From: Paraspadella gotoi
Taxonomy: Eukaryota; Animalia; Chaetognatha
Direction: 5' to 3'
Length of the DNA stretch: 64,000 bases
NCBI GenBank assembly: GCA_051294375.1
Contig: CM119264.1
Location: 20,933,636-20,997,635 of the forward strand
In this document: piece by piece, positions 49,511-63,433 of the stretch
How positions within the stretch are numbered: the first letter of the stretch is position 1
Layout: every line of letters starts with the position of its first letter
The notes under the pieces: model-generated
Database searches by the model: none
The model's input: the letters and a program-made list of their open reading frames with translations, nothing else
Told to the model about the DNA's origin: nothing
Position numbers and translations under genes: made by a program

Positions 49511-49813
49511 TTATTTTAAAATTTTTAAAAGTCATATGTTAAATTTTATTTTAAAATTTTTAAAAGTCATACCCCCCAAAAATTTAAAATTTAGTAAATT
49601 AAGTTCAACAATATTTAATTTTTTCTTTGATGTACGACCATAATTTAAGTTTTGGACCGCACTGTACTGATTCGTCTGTGTTTTCGTTGTTTTTTTTTTT
49701 TTTCGATATTTCGACTCTACACTGTACTGATTTTTTCGTGACTATTTTTAAATGAAAAAAAATTGTACCACCATCATCTTTTCTTAACATCAGTTTATGT
49801 ATTAAGGGCAGTG

Positions 49814-49874
<61 letters not shown>

Positions 49875-50025
49875 TCGTGGGCTTGTAAAGTGACGTCCTT
49901 TCACCGTAAAACATCTCCGGTCAAAGTGAGTTACAATCGGTTAGGATTTTGGGGCAGAGGAGCCAAATTGGTGACGATTTCATAGCAGGTAAAAGAGAAT
50001 GATGATTTTAATGATTGACGATGAC

Positions 50026-50062
<37 letters not shown>

Positions 50063-51548
50063 ATGATAGAGATTTCTAAGGTCGATGATGGCTAATGATC
50101 AAAACCATGAGAGATGTACAATACGTAAATTGACTTCATTTTTCTTACGTTCAAGTAAGTAAAAGTCGAGTACTGAATGTCAAGAACAATCATTAATAGT
50201 TTATCCTCGACGGGTGGTCATTTGGGTTGGACAATGAGTATTTAACAAGAGAAGGAGATAACTAATAGTTAAGCGAGAATGCTTGAGAATTTAATATCGG
50301 TTGAAATTCATAACTCGTCCACATCGATCGTCCGCATCGATCGTCGACTGAAAATTTTCTTTCGATTTACGTCAGAGGGAGAGAAAATTATGAGGAAGAT
50401 TTTGACGATGATTTTTGTTTCGAAAACAAAATAAAAACTTGGTCAAAATACAGTCAAAATTACGAGGAAGACAAAAGATAATCCGACCCAGTTTTCGATA
50501 TTCTTCGAAAGAGATTAAAACTGTAAAAAAAACTATTTTCAAACTACTTTAAATTGTTTATAAAAATGTGCATTGTGACCTTGTTTTACCACGAATTTCT
50601 CCAACCGGTCGGGTGTCCCGCTCTTCCATCAGGTAAGATAAAATTTCTTTACTACTTCAGAATTCTTGAAAAATTACAATTGAAATTAAAATTAAAAAAA
50701 AAATATTAGAAAGATTTCATTTTTTTGCTGTGTTCCTATCCAGCTGAAAATAAGCCAACCCCAGCGAAATTATTCTTTTAGCCTAATTTTTTTATTTCTT
50801 TTTTTCTATTATGAAATTGGTACAACCAATATAAAAATTATCCATCCTTTTAATTAATTATATTCGAAATAAATAAATAAATAAAATAATTCTCTCTTCC
50901 CATTTCTGAAAAAAGAGGAAAATATTTTCCTATAAATGGGTTTCTGCTTCGCCTTCCTTACTTGATCCTCGCCCACACCGGGTCTTCAGTAACAATCCGC
51001 ATAACGATCGACTAAATTGCGTGTCTCAATCCAATATAAATTATATAACTCCCCCAAAATATACCTAAATTCATCTGAAGATTAGCTTTCATCGTTCCCA
51101 ATCCATGAAGTTTGGTCAAAACTTGGTCAAACCTGAATTGATTAACCAGTTTCAATCTTCTGCTTTACCCCCAAATTCCGTTTTCCGATCTCACTTCATC
51201 CACATATTCTTTCAATTCACCAAACTCCTCACATCATTTTCTCAGTCCTCCCAACGGCGCATTAATTAAGCTGAACTCTGGTCCCGCTTTTCTTGTTACC
51301 AACGCGTTTACCATTTCAGCTGAACACCCGGGCTAACCCATCCCATAATCCCCTTTCTCCTTTCCAATCTCAAGGTCGTGGACGACTGTTCGCTTGATGA
51401 TTTAACCCTCACCTCCCCCACCCATTCCCACTCCAGTTTTTCCCAACCTCCCGCCCCCGAACACCCATTAATTCGCCTTCCAGCTCCAGCTCCGCCCTCT
51501 ATAAAAATCGTTCCTCGATTCTGACCGAAGTCAGCCCCATTTTCATTT

Positions 51549-51650
<102 letters not shown>

Positions 51651-52948
51651 TCTAATTTCAAATTGAAAGCTCGAGGAAACTGAGACCGACAGTTCTTCGC
51701 TTCGTCGCAGGATTTTTTTTCCTGGTTTTTTTTATGGTTGAATCCTTCGCCTTTTAATTTCATTTATTTATTTATTATTTCGTTTTTACCCAAGCTGAAT
51801 GTTCTGTCTGTGTCTATAAAGTCGGCGTGGTCAGTCTTGTGTATTTTTCTGTAATTATTTTTTAGTTTTGAAGAATTTAAAACGAAAGAAGAAAACTTCC
51901 TCGTTTTTTATTAGAACCGTATTTCTTTCTATTTTGAGAACGACTTTGTTCCCTATCTTTAGCGCTGCGTCTGTCTCTGCCCTACACAATTTGGAACTTT
52001 TTAAAATAAGATTTTTCAAACTTAATTTGATATTTTATCTCTTTTAGATACATAATTTGAGACATGGTAACCACACACCAGAATAAGTCTTACTGCCTAC
52101 TTTTTATTTTTTTAAATTCTTTTTGCCACATTCAATTTTGCAAATCTTTTTCACACCTCATGACTTTAATTTTTGTTGGGCCTCAGAGAGGATAACGTCC
52201 GACTCTCCTGGGGCATGAGCTCATTCCCGCTTCAGCGACGCCGGTTACGTCGAGAGCGGCTCAGCAGCGGCTTTGGCTGCGTCTCCGTCCTTCATTCCAG
52301 CTTCATTTTAGGCTACATCAACTAGATGCGAGGAACTGCGCATTATCGCCTCCCCCAATTTAGTCGTCTGCTCGTTTAGCATCCTAATTGTTTTACTTTA
52401 ACTTTTACTTTAACCTGGAAATCTATGAGTTTTTCCTTAAATGCTACGATCAAGTAGAAAAATAGGGCTTGTGTTATGTTTAAATTAATTTTCAAAAAAC
52501 AAATGCTGTTCATTTATATATTTAAGTATGATTTGTACTTTCGCCGAATGCCGTTGCCATTTTGTTCTTTAATCTGCTTATATCTCTTTATATATATAAC
52601 TAAACGGGCGGACTTTGAATCTTCAGGCTCAGCTGATCTTTTGTTCGCATTCAGAATTTCGAAGGCCGAATGTCTGCCCGAAAAGAATAAAATAAAAAAC
52701 ACTGAGTTTATGCAGGAAAGAAAAAGAAATCCTTATCAAGATATCTGATTCGTTCTGGATAAACATTTTTCTTCGCGATCAACATTCAAGGACAAGGCTC
52801 GCTGAACAAACTTTTTAGTTTAAAATTTAACTATTTAACTTTTTACTTCATCGGTTTTTTTATTTTTTTTTGTTCTGAATTATTTTTCGTCATTGACTAC
52901 AAACCAACCGAACAAGTTTGAATAAAAAAAAATAAAAGAGAAAAAAAA

Positions 52949-53218
52949 ATGCTTAGAATAGTCCTCTCGGTTAACTTCGCGGGCATCATTCTTTTTGCCT
53001 CCATCATTCCATCCGGATCCGGTAACTATCGCATCATCGTCATAATCATCGTCCATTTCTTGTCATTTGTCTCTTCATTACGTTTTCTCACCGACGTCAC
53101 TCGGGCCATCGTATCACCCTTCTCATCAATCTCTCCATTTTACTTCTAATTCCTTTGTTCTCTCGTATCCTTTTTTTTTCATTTCCTTGTCAAGTGTCAA
53201 CGTCCCTTTCGCCTTGGG

Positions 53219-53293
<75 letters not shown>

Positions 53294-54604
53294 CTCTCTC
53301 TCGGTCATCGTGATTTGTGGAGAAAATGGGAAAAAAATTTTTCCGAGTTCAAAATCCCCCACAAACGAGGACTATAACGAACTCTTTTCTTTCTTTTTTT
53401 CTTTTTCATTTGATTTTTTTTTCATTTGTTTCCATTGATTCAATTTTCATATTTAGTAAAACGTTTTTAAACTAACGTTGACTTTTTATGTAATCAAGCT
53501 AATTTAATTAAATTGATTTCATCAGGCGACGACGGAATCGAATCAGGCCCTTGTCCTGAAATGCAGCACTTGACGGAATTTGACGCCCGGTCTTTCGCAG
53601 GCACCTGGCACATCCTTTCATTCAAGCCCAATATGTTTGAGTCAAACAGTCTCAAATGCCGGTAACTGATAAGGCACTGATGCCTATTACTAGTAGCCTT
53701 CATTAGGACTTGCTCAAAGTAGCAGTTATTGTACTGCGATATGCGATACAATTTTACTTTTTTTATCAGGAGAATCGAAGTTGCGATGAAGGAATCGGTC
53801 AAAGGCAATGTCGTCGCCATCACATCTTTCGACACGCAGGAAGGAGAAGAGACGAAGACGACGAGAGAAGCGAAGTGGGAGCCGAGCCAAGGGGGACTCT
53901 TGAAAACCTCTCAGGTGGGCGGGGGGCGGGTACCCAGGAACTCGTTGCAAGGGGGTTAGATGAATTAAAGAAACATTCAAGATAACGAATTTGGGATTAA
54001 AATCCACCAATCGTTCATCAGCGGCCATTGGTGCCGTAGGCAAGTCATTCGCCTCCCAACCCAAAGGTCCGGGGTTCTAGCCCGGTGGCCGCCTTGCAGT
54101 TAAGAAGGATGGGGCGCTTAACCCGGCTGTAACACGGTGTTACAGCCTGATCCGAAGCTCAGGGACTGCTTATATTGAACGGTTCTGTCACTAACACATA
54201 ACAATTATTACTGTCTCTTCCCTATGTTTATTTTCGACCGCAAGAAGACAGAAAAAAAATTGTGAAATTAATAATTAAGTTTTAATAGATTGTATTGTCA
54301 AATAATAATATTTAGTATAGTTGATATTGAGTGTAGCAAAAAACTGAGCATTGAAAATCAAAATTCCCACATCCACCAGGAAATCTTTGGCTTCTCTCTC
54401 GACGTACCCCTCAAGATCCTGTGGACGGACTATTCGAAATCGGGCGTCGGGTGGTGCTGTGTTGAGTCCTTCGGGTCTCACGCCGACGCCGCGTGGATCT
54501 GGAGTCGGACACCGACGCTTGACGACGAGACGATGGGGAAGATGAGGAAGATATTGGAGGATCGAGGGGTGCACGCTGAAGACATGGTGGACGGGGAGTG
54601 TTGA
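52949..54604 (+). CDS. Apolipoprotein D-like lipocalin; exons 52949-53021, 53526-53661, 53770-53914, 54380-54604
   Basis: Signal peptide, GPCP..FDARSFAGTWH (GxW motif), TDY motif, AWIWSRTPTL, terminal Cys; splice phases compatible. Confidence 0.88.
53993..54220 (+). mobile_element. Family A LTR copy (5' end degraded) in lipocalin intron
   Basis: Near-identical to the 27837-28069 body; perfect GCGGCCA/TGGCCGC acceptor-like stem. Confidence 0.8.
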
Positions 54605-55023
54605 AGACTAGCGAGTGTCGATTGAACAGGGAGTGTTGAACGGTGAAACGGTGGAAGTTTTGTTATTTGTTAATATCCTAAAATTGTGACTATTAAATTA
54701 TTAGATTTTATAATACCTAGCGAATTCTTTTAGAATAGTCCTTGTGGTAGGGGTAGCCTCACTCAATGGGGTGAATCAAAAATTTAGAATGAGTACATGC
54801 TCAAACGAAAATTTCATTTTTAAGTATACTTTAAATGGACAAAAAATTTCTTATATGGCTCGATACCCTAGTAATTAAATTTTAGTATTTATTTATAGAT
54901 AGGAAAGGCCAAAAATTTTTTTTAAAAATTTTAAATTTGAAGACCAGATTCAGATAGCTAATAAAAAGTTTTCCTCGCTAAGTATAATTCTATTTTAAAT
55001 ATTTTTATGATAAGTAGGTCAAA

Positions 55024-55057
<34 letters not shown>

Positions 55058-55688
55058 TTTCTTGTTTAAAGTTTATGCTCTATCAGAATCCATTAAAAAA
55101 TTTTAAGATTTTAAAAAATATATATAGTAATATAGTATAGTAATATATATATATATATATTAATATAGTATCTATATAATATTATATATATTTAATTAAA
55201 ATTTATTTAATTAAAATTTATTTAATTAAAATTATTATATTACTATATATTATATAGTAATATAATAATTTTAATTAGGCTAATACCCTCAGAAAAAAGC
55301 ATTTTTGACAAAAAATATTTTAATACTATACTCTATGCTCATGATAGATTATTATTATTACATTAGCATTTAAATTTCATCGGCTATTGCTACTTGTGGA
55401 TAGTAGATGAGCTATTTTTTGTTCCAACAAATTAAAACTTTCTTGACATTACGTCAGAATTCTAAGCATTGCTCCAAAGAGTTTATCAAAACCTCGCGTC
55501 TTGGCTCGTATAAAACGCATTACAAAATCCCCCTTCCACTTTAAATAAATGTTTTTAACCAATTTAAATAAATGTTTTTATCCATTAAAACTGAAATTCT
55601 TCTCCATTGCGACGAAATTCGCCGGAGTCGATTTTTTTCTCTCACGAATCATAAATTTCTGTCGCCTTCGATAATCACTTTTCAGGAT

Positions 55689-55740
<52 letters not shown>

Positions 55741-55861
55741 ACTTTTACTGTTTCTTTTTTCTCCAAGTTTTGTTTTAGGCTGTTATTATTAATTATTTCT
55801 TTATTTCTTTTTTTGTTTTCTTTCTTTTTTTCTTTTTTTCTTTTTTACTTTTTTTCTTTTT

Positions 55862-56645
55862 ATCGTCGCAATCGCTATGCGTTTACGACGATCTCATAAC
55901 GCTTTTGCGTATAAGTGGCGTCGTCGTCGGCGTTCCAACTTATCGATCGCTTTTTTGATGATTAAATTTGGGTGTATGAAGTTAAAATTTATATACAGCT
56001 TCTCATCATCGAGGTCCTTGAAATTTTGTTTACGTTTTATCAAAACAAACAAATTTTCTCTATTTTTATTTTTATGTCTCCTTCTCTTTTTCTTTTCTCT
56101 TTTAATCATATGTAGCTCTCTCTCTCTCTTTTCCCCAGTCGCTGATTCCTTGGGCTCTGCAGGGGCTATCTTTTTTTTTCTCTCTTTTCTCCTGCTGCTT
56201 CTGCTGATTCGTCCGCTGATTCGTGTGATTCGTCTGCTGATTCTCTCTCTCTCTCTCTCTCTCTCTGTGTTTTTTTTTTAAATAGAATTAGGATTGAACT
56301 CGTAAAATTAGGCATCGCATTCGTGCATGTTATCATTTTGGTATCGCAACATCAGATTTTTATTTCATTCTTTCTTCTCGTCACTCTCTCTTTATTTTTA
56401 TTTTTTTCTTTCCTTTCTATTCTTTCTATTCTTTCTTTCCTTTCTATTCTTTCTTTCCTTTCTATTCTTTCTTTCCTTTATATTCTTTCTTTCCTTTATA
56501 TTCTTCTTTATATTTATTATTTTCTTCTTTTTCTTTCTGTTTTTAAATTAATTTTCTTTTCTCAAATTTGATTTTTTTAGAATCAAAATTTGTCGTCAAT
56601 CCAGATTTTTCTTATGCGATTGCGACCACTTTATGCTTTTAAGAT
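55862..56645 (+). mobile_element. HINE-like family B
   Basis: After a T-run; 5' ATCGTCGCAATCGC with adjacent inverted copy; 3' subTIR GCGATTGCGAC; fragments at 5345-5689 and 59790-60080. Confidence 0.65.
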
Positions 56646-56688
56646 TTTATCTTTTTTTCTTTCTTTCTTTCTTTTTTATTTCTGTTTT

Positions 56689-56756
<68 letters not shown>

Positions 56757-57957
56757 TTTTTTCTTTCTTTCTTTCCATCACACAATCTGCTTTTGCCCTT
56801 GCCCTGCATCTCTTCCATTAGCCAACGACTAGAGATGAGATGGTTTTGAACCCTTCGTCGTCGTCCCCGCCCCCATAAGAAAATCCTCCCTCATCACCGC
56901 ACCATTGCTGCTTCGCTCTCAGGCTCGTAATCATCACATCTCACCCTTATTCCGCATTCCCTCACCCACTTCACAACTTTTCCAGTCTCTATCGTCACGA
57001 CGACCCCTCCATCTCCCCAGTAGCTCTTATAAAAAATAACATTCGATATCCAGCTGTGAATTTATCATCGATGCCATGGCATGCAAATGGGAATTTAAAG
57101 TAAACCGAGGCTCGTCGTGGCTTGGGGTTATTTCATCTTTCTCGTTCCCTTCTTTCTATCTTTTTATTTCGCCTTTCTTATCAAGAGTCGCCCTTTTTTT
57201 GGGTCAGTTGGTTTTTTACCAAGTTTTAAGTATTTTTTTTGTCTTTCGTTTTTTGTTGTTGTTTTTTTTTTTTTTTTGTTTTTTGTCTTTTGTGCTTCTT
57301 TTTCTTTTTTTTATTCACCATCGCAGTTTACGCTGTTAAACTGTTAACTATGTCTGTACACTGAAACTAAAAACGTTGCTAAAATAGATAGCTGGAAGGT
57401 AAAAAAAGAGTACCACCTGACCCTTACTTATCTCCTAAATGACCCCATCTCCACATCCTTTCAATCCTATCCCTCTTTCCCGTTATGATTGGCGTTTTTC
57501 CTGCAACGGCTTTGGAAAAGGTTTGAGCCCTTCCGAAAAAAATCTGGCGCAACTGAAAAACAAAAAAAGTTCATGAATTCATTGGGGTTCCCTTAACCTT
57601 TTAACAAGCGACAGAAAAGAGGTTTCCTTTTCTGTTTCTTCTCTTCTTAACGAAAAAATAACTTTTTCATACATATATATTTACATTATCTGTTCTCGTT
57701 AATAACCCGCGAAAATCCGTCTATGTTATTTCCTTTTTATTTCTTTCGTATCGGCTTTTAGGCGTCAGGAGCCGACAACGCCGATAGCGTCGGCCGCGCC
57801 GGCCGAGAAGAGCGCTCAGCGCGAATTCCTCGGGCGCCGAGTTAAAAATCACCATCGCGGATATTTTTATGGCGATGTTTTCCATCAACATTTTCGAGAG
57901 GGAATTTATCCCCGCCTTCTTTTTTTCTTCCCCTCTCGATCTGCTGCTCTCTCTCTC

Positions 57958-58016
<59 letters not shown>

Positions 58017-58188
58017 TTTTAAATCCCTCTCTCGACTTCTGCGTCCGACGTACCTCACCCCCTCCGACCGAGAGCCACCGAGGGATCGCCAAAATAGAAA
58101 ATTAATCATTCATGGAGGCCTTAAGAATCGAGAAGGGATATATATTCAAGCGTTCCCTGGGTAGGGGAGAGAAGTAAAGAGAGAGGAG

Positions 58189-58235
<47 letters not shown>

Positions 58236-58595
58236 TCGACTATTCCGTCTTCGCCCCGGGACAGGCAAGTGAAGCGTCCGATGAGAGAAAGAGTTTCGCG
58301 AAATTGAGAATCAGAAGGTGAGGATGATTGGGAAATGTATATTGGTGAGTTTGAGATCGCGTGCTTTGTGAAAGATGTCCATTCATAGTTAAAAAAAGAG
58401 GAACAAGAACGGTAATTCCAATGTGTTGCGCCGCAGTGACTTTATTTTCACGTGTATTCCCTTTTGATATGACATGACATGACTAAAAAACTTTCCTCGC
58501 CCTTTCCTTTCCTTGCACTGCATTCCGTCTTTTAATCCTTAAAGTTTTTGGAATTTCTGAAGGCGACGCAAGCAGTCCCTTAGATTTTAGTTTTT

Positions 58596-60302
58596 AGTCG
58601 ACTCTATAATTCACTTTGTCGGGCACTAACTTATATCATGTCAGAACATCGAATTATGATAAATTATGCAAAAAAAATGATGTCCGTCCGTCCGTCTGTC
58701 TGTCCGTCCGACCGTCCGTCCGTCCCACCTTAGCAAAAAATACCCATTACTCGTGATTGGAAGGATGGATTTGAATAAAATTTTGTGTGTGGGTAGGGAA
58801 GTGTGTGATTGAGCTGGATATGAAGTTTCGATGGAATCGTCAGAGTGGAAATGAGTTTAAATGGAAAAAACAAAAAAATATATTTCACTTTTTGAACACC
58901 AATTGCTCATGAGTGAATGCGGCGATTGACCTGGAATTTTGTATGTGGGTAGGAAAGTGTGTGATTGAACAGGAAATCAAGTTTCGATGGAATCGTTTGA
59001 GTGGAAATGAGTTTAAATGGAAAAAAACAAAAAACCTGTTTCACAAATTGATTATGCTTCTTTTTCTTTTTATATTATATTATATATATATATTATTATA
59101 TGTATTAATAAATTAAATAATTAATCAGTTAATTAATCAATTAGTCAATTAATTAATCAATAATTAATTAATCAGTCAATCAATCCGTCCATCCGTCCTA
59201 CCTTAGCCAAAAGCTCCAATAACTCGTGATTACCTGGTTGGATTGGAATGAAATTTTGTGTGTGGGTAGGAAAGTGTGCGATAAAGCTGGATATAAAGTT
59301 TCGATGGAATCGTGTGAGTGGAAATAAGTTTAAATGGAAAAAACATAAGTCGCATTTACTAAAATATTTTTACTTATTCTAACCAATAAATACTCTAAAT
59401 AATCATAATTGGATGGATAGATTGAGTACAAATTTTGTGTGTGGGTAGGAAAGTGTGTGATGAAGCTTGATATAAAGTTTCGTTACGAGTGGAAATGAGT
59501 TTAAATGAAAAAAATATGAGTCACATTTATTTGAATCTTTTTACTTATTTTAACCCATAATAGATTGAGATGAAATTTTGTGAGCGGGTAGGAAAGTGTG
59601 TGAAGAAGCTAGATATAAAGTTTTTACGGAATTGTACCAGTGGAAATGAGTTTAAATGGAAAAAACATAAGTCACATTTACTTGAATCTTTATTATTTAT
59701 GATTACTAATAAATGTTTTAAAAATAATGTGAAAAAATGATTCAATTTAAAAAAAATTATGCAAGTTGAAAAAATGATGCAAGGTGAAAAAATCTTAAAA
59801 GCATAAGGATCGTCGCAATTGCAGAGAGAGAAAGAGAGAGAGAGATAAAAACGAAATAAAAACATGATGTTGCGATAGCAAAATGATAACATGCACAAAT
59901 GCCATGCTTAAATTTATGAGTTCAATCCTAATTCACTTTTTTTTTTTAATAAAAACGCAGAGAGAGAGAGAGAGCGGCAGCAGCAGAGGCAGCCAGAAAA
60001 AAATTAAGAAATCAAAAGGCAGCAGTAGAAGCAGCAGGAGAAAAGAGCAGAGCCAGCTGCAGACTCGTTTTTTTTCCTAGCACTAAAAATGGCGCAAGTT
60101 AAAAAAATGATGCAAGTTGAAAAAATGATGCGAATTGTAAAAATTATGCAAATTGAAAAAATGATGTGAATTGAAAAAATGATGTGAGTGGAAAAAATGA
60201 TGCGAGTTGAAAAAATGATGTGAGTTAAAAAAAATTTTAATTTTAATCTTCTAAAACCGCTTAATTATTGTAGGCAGATCCGACATTGTTTGCTCAAACT
60301 TG
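58596..60302 (+). mobile_element. HINE family A copy with nested family B fragment (~59790-60080)
   Basis: Homologous to 3425-4722; 5' hairpin collapsed to AGTCGACT; 3' end intact. Confidence 0.8.
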
Positions 60303-60524
60303 TTTTTGTCTTAACAAACGAGCAACCAACTATAGGAAAATTATAATTTATATGCATTTTTAACGTAAGTGGTACAGACCGACGGACAGACATGCCGACC
60401 GACCGACCGACTAAAAACTAAAAACCAACTAAAAACCAGTAACTTATGAAATTATATTAGGAGACCACAGACAGGCATTAACATAAAGAGAGATTTTCGC
60501 GGTGGGTTAAAAAAAAGAGGATTC

Positions 60525-60761
60525 TGTGGAAGACGATGCCTCGAGCAGTTTACCGTCCGTTGCACACAAGGTTCCGAACTTCGGATCGGGCTGTAGTCCG
60601 ACACTACAGGTGGGTTAGACCACCCGTCCCGCTTTTACTTGTGTGAATCAGCATGGCCCGAACCCGAGTCCTTTGGGTTGGGAGGAGCTCGTGCTACCCC
60701 CGGCGCCATAGGTGCTGCGGATTCTCGGACGAGTAGCAGGGTATGAAATACTACCGCTACA
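60525..60761 (-). mobile_element. Solo LTR family B with tRNA-like head and twister ribozyme (60563-60645)
   Basis: TG...CA termini, 4-bp TSD ATTC, 237 bp; same fold as family A with compensatory changes. Confidence 0.85.
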
Positions 60762-61008
60762 ATTCAATCATTTTAAAACATGGGAGAAAAGATTTTTTTC
60801 CCTTTGCGCGCGTCGGTATAGTGAATGCACTAAATGTCGAAATGTCTAAAAGAATAAATTTCGGATTCCAATCAAATTTAATTGACATAATTTCTCTGTT
60901 TTTTAAGTAGTCAAGCAAACAGACTACAATTGCTAATAAACATTTCTTCAATCTGAATGATTTTATTACTCTTTTGTAAAACACGCTGGGCAATTCAACA
61001 GTCAACAC

Positions 61009-61620
61009 TAGAGCGTAGTGAAAGTTACGTACCGAAATTCTAAAAGTCAATAATGAACAACATACCATCAATGAACATTAATTTGTAAAGAAAATTAATT
61101 TTATATTTTTTAATTTTCGCAGTAGGCTATATTTATATTATTTATATTATTTATATATTTATATATATTTATAAAATAAAAAAAATTTAAATAGGCTTTT
61201 CTTAATTTTGATTGCAGATTTGAATTCCTTGTCAAAAGTTGATAAAAGAAAATATAAATCATTTTTAAAATTTCTTTCATTAAGTGGGTTAAAAATTAAA
61301 AAACTATATTTAATATATAAAAAGTTAATTTTCAGCTTAAAATATAGCTTTTTCTAATTTTTTAATTTTATAAAAAGAGTTATATTTCTTTTTATCAACT
61401 TTTTATGACAAATCCAAATCTGCAAAAAAATCTTAGAAAAAACTGTTTTGAAATTTTAACATTTATTGGATTAGTACTAGTATAAATATAGTCTACTGCA
61501 TAAATTGTAAAATTTATTATAAATTTTTTTATTACATAAATGTTCATTAGTATAATGTTGTTCGTTCCTCACTTTTAAAATTTTAATTAAAGTTAAATTT
61601 AGAAATTTTACTACGACTTA
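61009..61620 (+). mobile_element. hAT MITE, longest copy
   Basis: TSD GTCAACAC; termini TAGAGCGTAGTGAAA / TTTACTACGACTTA. Confidence 0.9.
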
Positions 61621-61855
61621 GTCAACACCCTATCTTCGACACAGTCTAAATTCCCCCTCCCCACCACCGGCCTCAGTTCTCAAACCTTCTTTCCCGCAAA
61701 GTCAAAAGATCCTCTCGCCGAGTTTTTCGTTCTCGACGAATTAAGATGTGATTATTGCCTGTGACCTCTTGACTCTGTCATTAGCCGAATGACATTAAAC
61801 AAGTTGCCTCTCTGCCGATTTCCTTTCTTCGTTTTGGCTGAATCCGATCTCTCTC

Positions 61856-61969
<114 letters not shown>

Positions 61970-62492
61970 AAAAAAATGTGAAATATGTATTGACTTCTGA
62001 CCGTGTGGCTATATTCACTGACCGCTTTTTTATCTTTTTATTTTTTTCCCATTAAATTTTTTTTGTTGGTCTCGTCCGATTACCAATCCCGTTGCTGCAA
62101 AAGCTGTCTCAACCAATAATCAATAAAGTGTTTAAATAAATATGTATTTCTCTCTTTTCCTCACATAACCTTTTCTCTCTTTTTATAATTAATAATCCAT
62201 TAATAGCACATCTTTTGTTTCTGTTTCTGACTCTATCCTTTCCTTTTTCATTCTTTATTTTGATAGAAAATATGTAATTCAAAACAGAACTATAATAATT
62301 TCGTTTCTGATTTTTTCGTCTCGATTCTTGCTTAATGACTAGGCTGCCCAAAAATAAATCGTTTTTTTTTCTTCTAACTGTTTCAGAAAAAATAACTATT
62401 GAAGGCTGACCAAGCTTTTGTCATGATATAATGATTTGATAGAAGCGAGAGAGAGAGAGTAAGAAGAGAAGGAGAGAAGAAAAAGAGAGAGA

Positions 62493-62590
<98 letters not shown>

Positions 62591-63389
62591 GAGAGAAACA
62601 TTTTAAGAAAACAAACAAAGAAAAAATAACGTTTATCACTATCAGTGGGAGTTCCCGGGCCTCGCAGTAAATAGATTTAGAATGAGGGCGTGATTGAAAA
62701 TTCGAGGTAGCGAAGTTGAAAATGAAGGTTGATCGGGGTCACGACGGTTGACCACGTTTTCGAGGCCGCCTGTCAGCTTGGGAAGCGAAACTTCGAAGAT
62801 TGGGGAAGGGGATTGGGGATTCGAAGATTGGGGAAGGGGATTGAAGATTCGAAGATTGGGGAAGGGGAGGCGGATGAGGAGATGGATTAGAAATTATAGT
62901 GTTTTTGCCAAATGTAAAAAAAAACAACAAAAAAAACTCAAATCTCTCCACAATTTTGACGTTGCTGACAACCATTTTTTTCACTTATTTTGGAATCGTT
63001 ATTGTTTTTCTTTTCCTCACTCGTCTTCTTCACTTTTGTTTTGACCAGATTGGAGAGATGACCTCGACGTGCCTTACTCCATGGCGGAGGAGAAGCAAAA
63101 CATTTCCGAGGCGGAAGGAGGAAGAGGAAGAGAGAAGAAGAGGAAAAAGTGGAGATGGCGCGTGAAGCGAAGGGTAGAGTTTCGCTTCTGTTGAGGTCAG
63201 TTTTTAGTCAATCCCAGCAGTTTTTTTTCCTTTTTTATGTAATGTCTAATGTTAAATGAATATTAGATTATTTTGTTACAGTGCACGTCTATAAGCAAAG
63301 GAAATTCGATTTGTCGTCGTTTTTTTTTTTACTTCATCTGTAATTTTTTTTAAAAAGGAAGAAAACTGATCAGTGATCACCAGGTTTTG

Positions 63390-63433
<44 letters not shown>

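Noticed and set aside
54021-54092. Functional tRNA gene
   Set aside because: D and anticodon arms do not pair canonically and the T loop is shifted; it is a repeat-embedded derivative.
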